Origin: Candidatus Peribacterales bacterium
GTDB lineage: Bacteria; Patescibacteriota; Gracilibacteria; Peribacterales; Peribacteraceae
Reading direction: 5' to 3'
DNA: 41,564 bases
NCBI GenBank assembly: GCA_035289805.1
Contig: DATDWC010000079.1
Location: 1 to 41,564, forward strand
Under the pieces are notes generated by a model. The model worked only from the letters and a program-made list of their open reading frames with translations, had not been told where the DNA came from and made no database searches. The position numbers were made by a program, and so were the translations under genes. Positions 17,320 through 27,718 of the stretch are shown one piece after another. How positions within the stretch are numbered: the first letter of the stretch is position 1; every line of letters starts with the position of its first letter.

Positions 17320-18036
17320 ATGATTTCTATCGTCATCATTGCGTATAACGAGAAAAAAGAGATTGCCTCCTGCCTCATGGCGATGAGTAAGCAAACGTAC
17401 AGGGAACCCTTCGAAGTGATTGTTGTGGATAACGCTTCCACAGATCACACACCAGAAATTGCACAGAGCTTTGCGGAGAGACTTCCTCTCCGAGTGATCC
17501 GCGAGGAACACAAAGGCCGCGGCGCCGCTCGTGCACGAGGATTTGGTGAAGCCAAGGGAGAGATTATTCTCTCCACCGACGGAGATACTCTCTCTCCTCC
17601 GCACTGGATCGAAACAATGGTAAAGGCGCTCAAGGAAAATTTAGCAATTGTTGCCGTGACAGGCCCCTGCAAAATCCAGGATTGTGATCCTCTGACGAAT
17701 ATGCTCTTCAATATTATTCAACCTCTCTCGATGCATCTCTATCGCCTCTTCGTTGGTCACTACTGGCTCACAGGGAGTAACTTTGCGATCAGACGCGAGG
17801 CATACCAAACATCAGGAGGATTCGATCCTGCATCAGCATCTTCCGAAGATACAGAGCTCTCATTCAAGGTGAAAAAAATCGGAAAAATACGGTACGTCCC
17901 TTGCGCCGTGATCTCCTCCGGCCGCCGCTTTAAGGGCGGTTTTTTTGGCTTACTGAAGGGACTTTTTGCTTATCCGTGGACATGGATAAAGCGGTTTATA
18001 TTTCGGAAAGAGGTTGATTTATCGGATGTACGCTAA
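17320..18036 (+). CDS. Family 2 glycosyltransferase
   Basis: ISIVIIAYNE...VIVVDNASTDHT and TDGDT (DxD) motifs of GT-A/GT2 enzymes. Confidence 0.85.
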   Translation: MISIVIIAYNEKKEIASCLMAMSKQTYREPFEVIVVDNASTDHTPEIAQSFAERLPLRVIREEHKGRGAARARGFGEAKGEIILSTDGDTLSPPHWIETMVKALKENLAIVAVTGPCKIQDCDPLTNMLFNIIQPLSMHLYRLFVGHYWLTGSNFAIRREAYQTSGGFDPASASSEDTELSFKVKKIGKIRYVPCAVISSGRRFKGGFFGLLKGLFAYPWTWIKRFIFRKEVDLSDVR

Positions 18037-18040
18037 CAAT

Positions 18041-18138
18041 ACGTCATGCTGAGGATGTCCCGCCTCCTTTCTTGTGATACCAACACCTTGATACTTCATT
18101 TCCCAAGGTAACAGAGTGGGGCCTCCTCAGCGTGACGT
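18041..18138. repeat. 98 nt element bounded by inverted repeats ACGTCATGCTGAGG / CCTCAGCGTGACGT (MITE-like or palindromic repeat family)
   Basis: The termini at 18041-18054 and 18125-18138 are reverse complements with one mismatch. The same terminal sequence bounds the 37271-37429 element. Sits in the GT2-gyrB intergenic gap. Confidence 0.5.
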
Positions 18139-18143
18139 AAGAA

Positions 18144-20294
<2,151 letters not shown>

Positions 20295-20364
20295 TCAGAA
20301 TTGTAGGGAAAGGGGCTAAAGGAAGCAAGAATCTTAGGCAAAGCGCCTTGTCATTTTTGGGGTG

Positions 20365-20393
20365 TTTACTATAAAACATAAATGTGGTATAAT
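20365..20393 (+). promoter_or_regulatory. Putative extended -10 promoter for the Cys-rich protein gene
   Basis: TTTACT (20365-20370), a 17 nt spacer containing TGg, then TATAAT (20388-20393), about 28 nt upstream of the ATG at 20421. Confidence 0.4.
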
Positions 20394-20420
20394 ATATGCA
20401 TTCATCTCCACACAAACATT

Positions 20421-21308
20421 ATGAAGCATTCCAAGAATCTCCTTTGGATAGGCTGTGCACTTTTTGCAGGGATTGGAATCCCTCTTGCCATCTTTTTTCA
20501 GGAAACCGGGTCGTTTCAAGCTTCGGTAACTCTCGCATGCCCTACAACGCCCATTGATACAATATTGCCACTCCCGCCTGCACCCCCGGCATGTAAAACA
20601 GAAACGGTTTCCATTGTGTGCAACAGTCCGCTCAACGAAACAGTACAGTTAGCCGAGAAAGAAATAATGAACAAATTCGAACCAATGAAGAAGGTAAAAG
20701 TTTCCCAAGCTTGGGGATGGGGATTCAAGAGCGGAGGATTAAATCCCAAAGCACAAGCTGAAGGTATAGCTAAAAATGCCGCCCAAGCGGAAGCCTGTCC
20801 CATTGCAGAGACACAAAAAACAATCAATTGCAAAACACAGAATGGATGTGAAGAGCAATCACATAACTGTATCCCGCCACCGCTGTCTCAATGTACTATT
20901 GTGTTTTCGGCGGCAGTTCAGGGTGGATGGGGGGCAATCGCTACCTGTCCGACTGCCAAAGTAGTGCTCAAGTGTAAAACGAATCAGACAGCACTGGATA
21001 ATCTTGCGCAAATGAGAGCCTTGGAACTGGGACATGTACTGGAAGAAATATGCATGAAGAAGCCTAATTCGTGCGAAAACGACTACGACGCTCCTTGTAT
21101 AACGAAGAGTAAGAGTATTACCTTTATAGAAGGAAAACCAGAAGTCACCAATACGCCTGCAAGTCTTACGAATCGTCAGGCAAAATATTGCGGCAGGTGC
21201 AACATGAAAATGACATGTTCAACAATGCCGAGTATAGGAGATGCAACTCCACCCACCGGCAATTCCGGTCCCCCTACAACGCCGATAATGCCACCAACGA
21301 GGAAATAA
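20421..21308 (+). CDS. Secreted/anchored cysteine-rich protein with Pro/Thr-rich C-terminus
   Basis: Start set at the ATG at 20421, which gives a signal/anchor (MKHSKNLLWIGCALFAGIGIPLAIFF). About 20 Cys are spread through the mature part. No family recognised. Confidence 0.7.
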   Translation: MKHSKNLLWIGCALFAGIGIPLAIFFQETGSFQASVTLACPTTPIDTILPLPPAPPACKTETVSIVCNSPLNETVQLAEKEIMNKFEPMKKVKVSQAWGWGFKSGGLNPKAQAEGIAKNAAQAEACPIAETQKTINCKTQNGCEEQSHNCIPPPLSQCTIVFSAAVQGGWGAIATCPTAKVVLKCKTNQTALDNLAQMRALELGHVLEEICMKKPNSCENDYDAPCITKSKSITFIEGKPEVTNTPASLTNRQAKYCGRCNMKMTCSTMPSIGDATPPTGNSGPPTTPIMPPTRK

Positions 21309-21324
21309 AGAAATTTGTAAAAAC

Positions 21325-21350
21325 GAGCGAGAAACCCTCGCTCTTTTTTT
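21325..21350 (+). terminator. Rho-independent terminator
   Basis: Stem gagcgag (21325-21331), loop aaacc, stem ctcgctc (21337-21343), then T7. Lies 17 nt after the stop at 21308. Confidence 0.7.
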
Positions 21351-21467
21351 ATGCCAGTTTTTCGGAAACATGCGCCCACCTTCGCCAAAGCGGAGTTTAT
21401 CCTGAGCTTGTCGAAGGAGCGGGCAGGTCTGCCGGATGAGTTCCAGCAGTATCCCCTTGGGATATTC

Positions 21468-21511
21468 TTGCTTTTCACCAGAATGTTATCTATAATGATT
21501 TGGTAGATAAC
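21468..21511 (+). promoter_or_regulatory. Sigma70-like promoter with overlapping palindromic operator upstream of vapBC
   Basis: TTGCTT (21468-21473), 17 nt, TATAAT (21491-21496). The 8 bp inverted repeat GTTATCTA (21485-21492) / TAGATAAC (21504-21511) straddles the -10. Confidence 0.5.
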
Positions 21512-21522
21512 ATCTTGCCCCT

Positions 21523-21789
21523 ATGAAGATCTCCTCCACCGAGTTCCAGCAGCGCGTCGGCTACTACCTCTCCCTCGTCGAAAAGGGAGTGGAGGTCATC
21601 ATCGAACGGCAAAAGCCCGGCGAATCGCTGTTTGTCCTTTCACTGAAAATTCCAAAAGAGTCCAAAGCGTCTGCTGAACAAGCGGATCGGGCAAAGAGGG
21701 AAGAGTTTCTGCGCGAACTGCGTTCGGTGCGCGCAACATTCCGGAAGGGAGAAGACTGCGTGGATTTCCAACGGCGCGTACGTCAATGA
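21523..21789 (+). CDS. vapB: Type II antitoxin (Phd/YefM-like N-terminus), partner of the PIN toxin
   Basis: 88 aa. The N-terminal MKISSTEFQQRVGYYLSLVEKGVEVIIER resembles the Phd/YefM antitoxin fold. The stop overlaps the toxin start (ATGA). Confidence 0.75.
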   Translation: MKISSTEFQQRVGYYLSLVEKGVEVIIERQKPGESLFVLSLKIPKESKASAEQADRAKREEFLRELRSVRATFRKGEDCVDFQRRVRQ

Positions 21790-22166
21790 ACATTCTCCTC
21801 GACACCAGCTTTCTCTCCGCATTACATAACGATAATGATGTATATCACGAAGAGGCAACGGAACAGTTTTTTGCAGCACAGGGAACGCAAACGATTATCC
21901 CGACAATTGTCATGGCAGAATGTCTCATGGGAGACATTGATGGGAAACATATGATGACAGTCTGCAAAGAACTTTGCGGTTCGTTCCTGCCACTCACAGA
22001 ACGGGAGCTGCAGGAAGTCGCACGCCTACCAGCAAAAACACGCAAGGGACTTAAAGCCAACGATTGCCTCATTCTTGTCTATACACGCCTGTACCATGCA
22101 GATCTCTATACATTCGATCAGAAGTTAAAGAAAGTATACGACGATCTTCAGGCTAGTTTTTCATAA
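21786..22166 (+). CDS. vapC: PIN-domain ribonuclease toxin VapC
   Basis: 126 aa. N-terminal ILLDTSFL with the conserved Asp, plus further acidic residues (E, ND, D) spaced as in PIN domains. Confidence 0.85.
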   Translation: MNILLDTSFLSALHNDNDVYHEEATEQFFAAQGTQTIIPTIVMAECLMGDIDGKHMMTVCKELCGSFLPLTERELQEVARLPAKTRKGLKANDCLILVYTRLYHADLYTFDQKLKKVYDDLQASFS

Positions 22167-23437
22167 TCATGAGCTAAAAGTTGTGCATTAATCTGCCGAA
22201 TAAGTTCCAGGACAACGCCCACCACGATGATCATTCCAGAGCCCGAAATGAGGAGATCCTGGGAGCTCAAGGACGAGTACTTGGTGAAGATGAGCGGAAC
22301 GATGGCGATAATGCCGAGGAACACTCCGCCCCAGAGGTTGAGGCGGTTACTCGTCTTTGCGAGGACTTCCGCTGTGGATTTTCCCGGCCGGATGCCGGGG
22401 ATAAACCCGCCGCGCTTCTGAATATCCTCCGCAATCTGCTCCGGACGGAACGTGACGGAGACGTAGAAGTACGTGAAGACGAGCACGAGGAGGAAGTACG
22501 CCGTTATGTAGAGCGTGGAGGGATTGTTAGCATTGAGCTCGGTATTGATGAAGTTCACGACCCCCGTAAAACGCGGCGCTGTCTGCAAAAACTGCGCAAT
22601 GATCCCCGGAAAGGTAATGAGGGAAATCGCAAAGATGATCGGAATCATTCCTGCCTGGTTAATGCGGATCGGGATTCCTCCCTGCACCCCTCTTCCCGCA
22701 CCCTGGTTTGCATAGGTAATAGGGATGAGGCGATGCGCCTCTGTGAAGAGCACCACACAAATCAAAAGACCAACGGAGAGAATCGAGAAGAAAATAAACG
22801 GGCCCTGCTTTCCCGCTCCCGCCACAAACATGTTACTGAGTGTGGAAGGAATACTGGAGACTATGCCAGTGAAGATGATGAGCGAAATCCCATTCCCAAT
22901 CCCCTTTTCCGTCATCACTTCTCCAAGCCACATGAGGAAGAGTGCTCCCGCAGCAACAATCGTCATCGGACCAAGAACGCCGGGGAACGAGGTATCAATC
23001 AAGCGACCGCCAAGTTGGGCTGCGCCGGAGTTGAGGAGTAGGAGAAATCCGTAGCTCTGGAGGAATGCGAGCGGGAAGGTGATGTACCTCGTGTAGCGGT
23101 TAATTCTCTGTTGGCCTTGCTGCCCTTCTTTTGCCAGAGCTTCCAGCTTCGGGAAGATGACTGTACAGAGCTGGAGAATGATCGAGGCATTGATGTACGG
23201 AGAGAGACCAAGGAGCACAATCGAGAAGTTATCAATGGCACCACCCGTGAGCGCTGCAAAAACTCCCAGTGCTCCACCTGTGCCGCGACTCCCGAGGAAG
23301 TTTCGCAGAGCCGTTTCATCCGCACCGGGTACAGGGATATGGGCTACGATGCGGTAGAGAACGAGGAGCCCGAGCGTTAGGAGAATGCGCTTCCGCAGAT
23401 CTTCGGACTTCCAGAGTTGGTGGAGATAGCGAAACAT
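22148..23437 (-). CDS. secY: Preprotein translocase subunit SecY
   Basis: 429 aa, 10-TM SecY pattern (LGLSPYINASIILQL, MWLGE, GISLIIF). The 3' end overlaps the vapC 3' end by 19 nt. Confidence 0.95.
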   Translation of the reverse strand: MFRYLHQLWKSEDLRKRILLTLGLLVLYRIVAHIPVPGADETALRNFLGSRGTGGALGVFAALTGGAIDNFSIVLLGLSPYINASIILQLCTVIFPKLEALAKEGQQGQQRINRYTRYITFPLAFLQSYGFLLLLNSGAAQLGGRLIDTSFPGVLGPMTIVAAGALFLMWLGEVMTEKGIGNGISLIIFTGIVSSIPSTLSNMFVAGAGKQGPFIFFSILSVGLLICVVLFTEAHRLIPITYANQGAGRGVQGGIPIRINQAGMIPIIFAISLITFPGIIAQFLQTAPRFTGVVNFINTELNANNPSTLYITAYFLLVLVFTYFYVSVTFRPEQIAEDIQKRGGFIPGIRPGKSTAEVLAKTSNRLNLWGGVFLGIIAIVPLIFTKYSSLSSQDLLISGSGMIIVVGVVLELIRQINAQLLAHDYEKLA

Positions 23438-23440
23438 TGC

Positions 23441-23878
23441 TTAGACGATCGTCACGGAACCCCCGGCTTTCACAATGGCTTCGCGCGCGCTCCTGCTTGC
23501 AGCATTCACCGTGAGATTAAATTTCTTGGTGAGCGTCCCCATCCCCAGGATTTTCACGGGGAGCGCGCCCTTCACTAATCTCGCTTCCTTCAGCTTTTCG
23601 ACATCGTAGGTTCCTCCCTCCAGAGCTTCCTCGAGCACTTCCAGATTCAAAACTGCAAACTCCTCGCGTGTAGGATTCCTGAATCCGCCGAGCTTCGGCT
23701 GTCTGCGAATGAGGGGGACTTGCCCGCCTTCGAACCCAATAGGCTTCCCACGGCCCGTACGCGCTTGCTCCCCCTTGCAGCCAGTGCCACAGAAGGTCCC
23801 TCGACCAGAGCCATTGCCACGGCCGACACGACGAGCATGCTTGCGAGAGCCAGAATTCGGTTTGAGCGTATGAAGCAT
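23441..23878 (-). CDS. rplO: 50S ribosomal protein L15
   Basis: MLHTLKPNSGSRKHARRVGRGNGSGRG is the typical uL15 N-terminus. The ORF track's 27-codon 5' extension was trimmed. Confidence 0.9.
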   Translation of the reverse strand: MLHTLKPNSGSRKHARRVGRGNGSGRGTFCGTGCKGEQARTGRGKPIGFEGGQVPLIRRQPKLGGFRNPTREEFAVLNLEVLEEALEGGTYDVEKLKEARLVKGALPVKILGMGTLTKKFNLTVNAASRSAREAIVKAGGSVTIV

Positions 23879-24008
23879 AGATCCGCCAAAGGGTAGCAGG
23901 GAGAATACGGCATGAAAAGCCAAATACGGTCTTTTCTGGAGGCAATGGAGATTATTCAAGGGCTCTAAAAGCGCATCCCCACGTGTTTTTAAAAATCACG
24001 ACCGTAGA

Positions 24009-24878
24009 CTACGGGCGGGACGGGGAACTTGAAGATCGAGAGAAGATGGTATTGATGAGAAATTGGAAGAAATTAAGTACAGCATTGGGAGAAGAACTAG
24101 TGGAAGCAGGAGCAGAAGAGGAGGAGGTGGAAGGAGAAGTGGAACTGGAGTGGGTGGAAGAAGATGTAGAGGAGGGATAGAGACTCACACAATCACAATT
24201 ACGCGAACCATCAATGTCATTCCTTACGATCTCGCAGACGCGGGGATTGTAGAAATCAATAATCATATTATCGCATTCCCCTCCACAACTGAGGGGTTCT
24301 CCTAATGCGTTAGTCGCTCCACATATTGCATCATCCCTATCCACACAACTGCAGCCGCTCAGCCCAGAGTGTTGGCATACTTGATTTCCTGGGCAAGAGC
24401 CTCCGCAGTATAACCCCCCAGGCAGATCACCACAGGCGGCATCGATCTCACATAAACATTCCGGCTCACCACTTGTATAGTATCGAGACAATCTGCAAGT
24501 TTGCCCGGTGGGACATGCCCCTCCACAGGAGAGAGGATTCCCCTGCTGATCCGTACCGGTACGGCGACAACCTCCAGCAGGAAGTTCATCGCAGTAATAT
24601 GTTCCTGCATCATTCCCACAGGAACCTCCTGTGCTTGGATTATCACCCTCACCGCAATTCCCGGGGTACGTGGTCGTAGTCAGAATTTGCCCATTCGCTA
24701 CGCAATTGCAGCTGCATTCATTGGCTTCGACAGAAGAAGAATAGGACGATGCAGGTGTCATTTCTGCAAAGGGAATAGAAAAACGTTCGGTGATAGCTGC
24801 TCCACAGAAAAATCCAATGATAAAAGCGAAGAACAATCCCACAAAAAATGTTATTGGTTTGGCGTGAGGGAGAGACAT
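24009..24878 (-). CDS. Membrane-anchored/secreted cysteine-rich repeat protein with Ser-rich tail
   Basis: 289 aa. N-terminal TM (ITFFVGLFFAFIIGFFCGAAI), three CGGxC(P)xxQxC-like modules (PLSCGGACPTGQTC, GLYCGGSCPGNQVC, PLSCGGECDN) and a poly-Ser/Thr C-terminus. Confidence 0.7.
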   Translation of the reverse strand: MSLPHAKPITFFVGLFFAFIIGFFCGAAITERFSIPFAEMTPASSYSSSVEANECSCNCVANGQILTTTTYPGNCGEGDNPSTGGSCGNDAGTYYCDELPAGGCRRTGTDQQGNPLSCGGACPTGQTCRLSRYYTSGEPECLCEIDAACGDLPGGLYCGGSCPGNQVCQHSGLSGCSCVDRDDAICGATNALGEPLSCGGECDNMIIDFYNPRVCEIVRNDIDGSRNCDCVSLYPSSTSSSTHSSSTSPSTSSSSAPASTSSSPNAVLNFFQFLINTIFSRSSSSPSRP

Positions 24879-24940
24879 GCAGAAAAGTATTGCAGGATGC
24901 CTTTCAAAGAACTAAAAAGAGTGATTGCCAGAGATGAGAA

Positions 24941-25450
24941 TTATAGTGCAGCTAAGAGTTGCCCAAATTCTTCCGCGACCTCCGGTCCATTTGCCGTCAC
25001 AATATCGCCATCCCGTGTAACGCTCTCCCCGGTATACGTAGCCCCCTCCGATTGAAGAAGTTTTGCCTGTACTCCTCCGTTATCCCATACCGTCGCTCGC
25101 TTTCCCTTAAGAACCCCAGCACGTGCAAGAATCGTCGGTGCGATGCAAATAGCACCGAGCTTCTTCCCATGAGCGAGGGCATCGCGAGCGATCCTCTTTG
25201 CATCTTCATCCTGAGCAAGTGCTGCTGCACCAGGTCCCCCGATGAACGCGATGATATCGAACTCTTTGATATCCACATCTCGTAACGCGAGATCAACCAA
25301 GGCAGATCCACCAAACTTTCCCAGACACTCCCCGGCTTCGGTACTCGCAATCATGATCTCGTATCCTGCAGACTCGAGGCCGTTTCGTGTCCCTGCGTAC
25401 TCCTTATCTTGGTATCCCTGCTGTGCAAGAATGATAAGAACACGGTTCAT
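24941..25450 (-). CDS. DJ-1/PfpI family protein
   Basis: Flavodoxin-like fold with the nucleophile-elbow Cys in the AICIAPTILA context. The ATG at 25450 (MNRVLIIL) is preferred over the GTG at 25468. Confidence 0.85.
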   Translation of the reverse strand: MNRVLIILAQQGYQDKEYAGTRNGLESAGYEIMIASTEAGECLGKFGGSALVDLALRDVDIKEFDIIAFIGGPGAAALAQDEDAKRIARDALAHGKKLGAICIAPTILARAGVLKGKRATVWDNGGVQAKLLQSEGATYTGESVTRDGDIVTANGPEVAEEFGQLLAAL

Positions 25451-25475
25451 ATACACAGTATACGACACAACATCC

Positions 25476-26006
25476 TTACCCCCTTACTTCCTTACCCCCT
25501 TCCTCCACCTTCTCCTTCGGTTTCCTCAACTTCGTGAGTGCTTGCATCGCAGTCTGCGCATTCACGACGATGTTACTCGATCCGTAGCGCTTACTTAGAA
25601 CATTCTTCACTCCAGCAAGATCGAAGATGGGGCGCAGAGCCCCCCCTGCGATGATGCCGGTTCCGGCCATAGCCGGGAGTAATCGAATGCGTGCCGCCTT
25701 GAATTTATAGTTCACTTCGTGAGGAATGGTGTCCTTTACGATCGGCACATTGATCATGTGACGCTTTGCATCGGAGACAGCTTTCTGCACTGCTCCCTGC
25801 ACTTCGGCGCTCTTCCCGATCCCAAGACCCACTCTCCCCTTGCGGTTCCCAATGATCACCGTGGCGCGGAATCGCATGCGGCGGCCGCCCTTCACCACAC
25901 GAGTCACGCGCGCGATTTGCAGAACATGCTCATCGTATTCCTTGGGATCACGCTCACGCCGTCCACCTCGATCCTTGCGCCGGTCGTCCTTGGATGATTT
26001 AGCCAT
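25476..26006 (-). CDS. rpsE: 30S ribosomal protein S5
   Basis: The uS5 core (VTRVVKGGRRMRFRATVIIGNRKGRVGLGIGKS) and position in the cluster. Confidence 0.95.
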   Translation of the reverse strand: MAKSSKDDRRKDRGGRRERDPKEYDEHVLQIARVTRVVKGGRRMRFRATVIIGNRKGRVGLGIGKSAEVQGAVQKAVSDAKRHMINVPIVKDTIPHEVNYKFKAARIRLLPAMAGTGIIAGGALRPIFDLAGVKNVLSKRYGSSNIVVNAQTAMQALTKLRKPKEKVEEGGKEVRG

Positions 26007-26033
26007 AGAGCAATGGATAATGGAAAATGAAAA

Positions 26034-26378
26034 TTAAAACTGGAGACCACCTTCGCGCGCTGCATCGGCAAGAGCCTTCACGCGACCATGATATTTATAT
26101 CCTGCACGATCAAAGACAATCGAACTGATCTTCTCTTTTTTTGCTTTCTCTGCAATGAGCTTACCGAGTTTTCCTGCGCCTTCGACCGTGTGCTTACCCT
26201 TCGCCTCTTTGAGAGAAGCTGCAGCGAGAGTCTTCCCTGCAACATCATCGATGAGCTGTACGTACATCCCCCGGAGCGAGCGATGCACCGCGAGGCGCGG
26301 ACGCTCCGCTGTTCCCTTAATGCGTGCACGGATGCGAATCTTTCTGCGGAGCCGATGCTGGAGCTTGGAGGGGGGCAT
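26034..26378 (-). CDS. rplR: 50S ribosomal protein L18
   Basis: [20 protein letters not shown] ... [27 protein letters not shown]. Confidence 0.95.
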   Translation of the reverse strand: MPPSKLQHRLRRKIRIRARIKGTAERPRLAVHRSLRGMYVQLIDDVAGKTLAAASLKEAKGKHTVEGAGKLGKLIAEKAKKEKISSIVFDRAGYKYHGRVKALADAAREGGLQF

Positions 26379-26383
26379 GAGGG

Positions 26384-26944
26384 TTATGCGGCTGTGCCAC
26401 CCTTCACGGCAGCCTTACCGACTTTGCGCGGAACGAATTCACCCACGTAGCGGATCCCCTTCCCCTTGTAGGGCTCAGGTTCCCTGTAGCGACGGATATC
26501 AGCGGCAGTCTGTCCAACCTTCGCCTTATCAATACCCGTGATGAGGAGGATCTGTTTGTTCTCTGGATCTTGCTGGATATCCACACCCTCCGGAGCTTTG
26601 AATTCAATCGGGTGTGAGAATCCAAGATTCAACGTCACAGATTTCCCCTTCGCTTGCGCTTTGTACCCAACACCAATGATCTCCAGCTTTTTCGTATACC
26701 CCGTATTCACTCCTTCGATCATATTGGCAATGAGTTGCCGCGTGAGGCCATGGCGCGCGCGGCCTGCACGCTCATCGTTCTTACGCTCGATCACCACAGA
26801 GCTCCCTTCTATCTTCACCCCTACCTCGGGGAGGAGTGCAAGCTTGAGTTCTCCCTTCGGCCCTTTTGTAATCACCGTGGAGCCCTTCACTTCTACAGTG
26901 ACTCCTGAAGGAATGCCGACGGGTTTCTTTCCGATGCGAGACAT
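26384..26944 (-). CDS. rplF: 50S ribosomal protein L6
   Basis: [19 protein letters not shown] ... GVGYKA ... LGFSHP ... YKGKGIRY. Confidence 0.95.
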   Translation of the reverse strand: MSRIGKKPVGIPSGVTVEVKGSTVITKGPKGELKLALLPEVGVKIEGSSVVIERKNDERAGRARHGLTRQLIANMIEGVNTGYTKKLEIIGVGYKAQAKGKSVTLNLGFSHPIEFKAPEGVDIQQDPENKQILLITGIDKAKVGQTAADIRRYREPEPYKGKGIRYVGEFVPRKVGKAAVKGGTAA

Positions 26945-26973
26945 AGGAATTGAAAATTGAGAATTGAAAATTA

Positions 26974-27360
26974 TCAGCTGACAGTACAGAGAACCTCTCC
27001 TCCGACGCCCTGTTTCTTTGCTTCGCGATCGGAGAGGACACCATTGCTTGTGGTGAGAACAGAAATACCATATCCATGGAGCACCGGACGGAGTGTCGCC
27101 TTACCACCGTAGAGCCGTCGGCCGGGTTTGCTGATACGCTTCAACTCGAGCTTGGGATATTCGAGGCTAAAAGTAATCGTGATGAGTTTCTCTATCCCCT
27201 CCCCTGCCACACTCACATCGGCGATAAATCCTTCGCGCTTCAGCACATCACAAACTTCTTCTTTATGCCGTGACCAGGGACACGTGCAGAACCCTGAGCG
27301 CGCATGCTGAGCATTGCGCATTCTCGTGAGCATATCGCCAATGGGATCCGTCACAGGCAT
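26974..27360 (-). CDS. rpsH: 30S ribosomal protein S8
   Basis: DPIGDMLTRMRNA ... GFI ... GGEVLCTV, plus synteny. Confidence 0.95.
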   Translation of the reverse strand: MPVTDPIGDMLTRMRNAQHARSGFCTCPWSRHKEEVCDVLKREGFIADVSVAGEGIEKLITITFSLEYPKLELKRISKPGRRLYGGKATLRPVLHGYGISVLTTSNGVLSDREAKKQGVGGEVLCTVS

Positions 27361-27370
27361 AGAGAGAGGG

Positions 27371-27595
27371 TTACCAGGATGCTTTTTTTACACCGGGCAC
27401 TTCCCCGTTTGCCGCGAGTTCGCGGAAACAGATGCGGCAGATGCCGAAGAAACCAAGGTACCCGCGCGAACGTCCGCAGAGCTGGCAACGATTATAGACG
27501 CGGGTCGAAAACTTTGGTTTCCGTCCAGCTTGCAGTGCCTTTTCGTACTGCTCTTTACGTCGCCTCTGCTTATTGACAAGTGCGGTGCGGGCCAT
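27371..27595 (-). CDS. rpsN: 30S ribosomal protein S14, zinc-binding (type Z-like)
   Basis: [13 protein letters not shown] ... [25 protein letters not shown] with CxxC-x12-CxxC. The ORF track 5' extension was trimmed to the ATG at 27595. Confidence 0.9.
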   Translation of the reverse strand: MARTALVNKQRRRKEQYEKALQAGRKPKFSTRVYNRCQLCGRSRGYLGFFGICRICFRELAANGEVPGVKKASW

Positions 27596-27718
27596 AGGGA
27601 AAAGAAATGAAGAGTTCGTTAGCCGGGGCAGTATAGGGAAATGGGAGGGGAAAGAAAACAGGAGAATCAACAGAAACACGAGAAAATTGGTCCCATTCCA
27701 CTTCTTTTTGAGGACCCA

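Noticed and set aside
21351-21445. A hairpin-rich tract after the terminator (cttcgcc-aaa-gcggag, ggcag-gt-ctgcc; it translates as ...PELVEGAGRSAG / ...SFDKLRINSA). It recalled repeat-derived spurious ORFs seen in metagenome assemblies.
   Set aside because: There is only one copy in this window and it has no matching inverted termini, so I cannot support calling it a repeat element from this sequence alone.
23879-23959. An N-terminal extension of the L15 ORF. Likewise 27596-27679 for S14 and 37951-38076 for the beta-CASP gene.
   Set aside because: The conserved protein N-termini start at the internal ATGs. The extensions are hydrophobic or basic junk and would intrude into the upstream gaps or the neighbouring gene.
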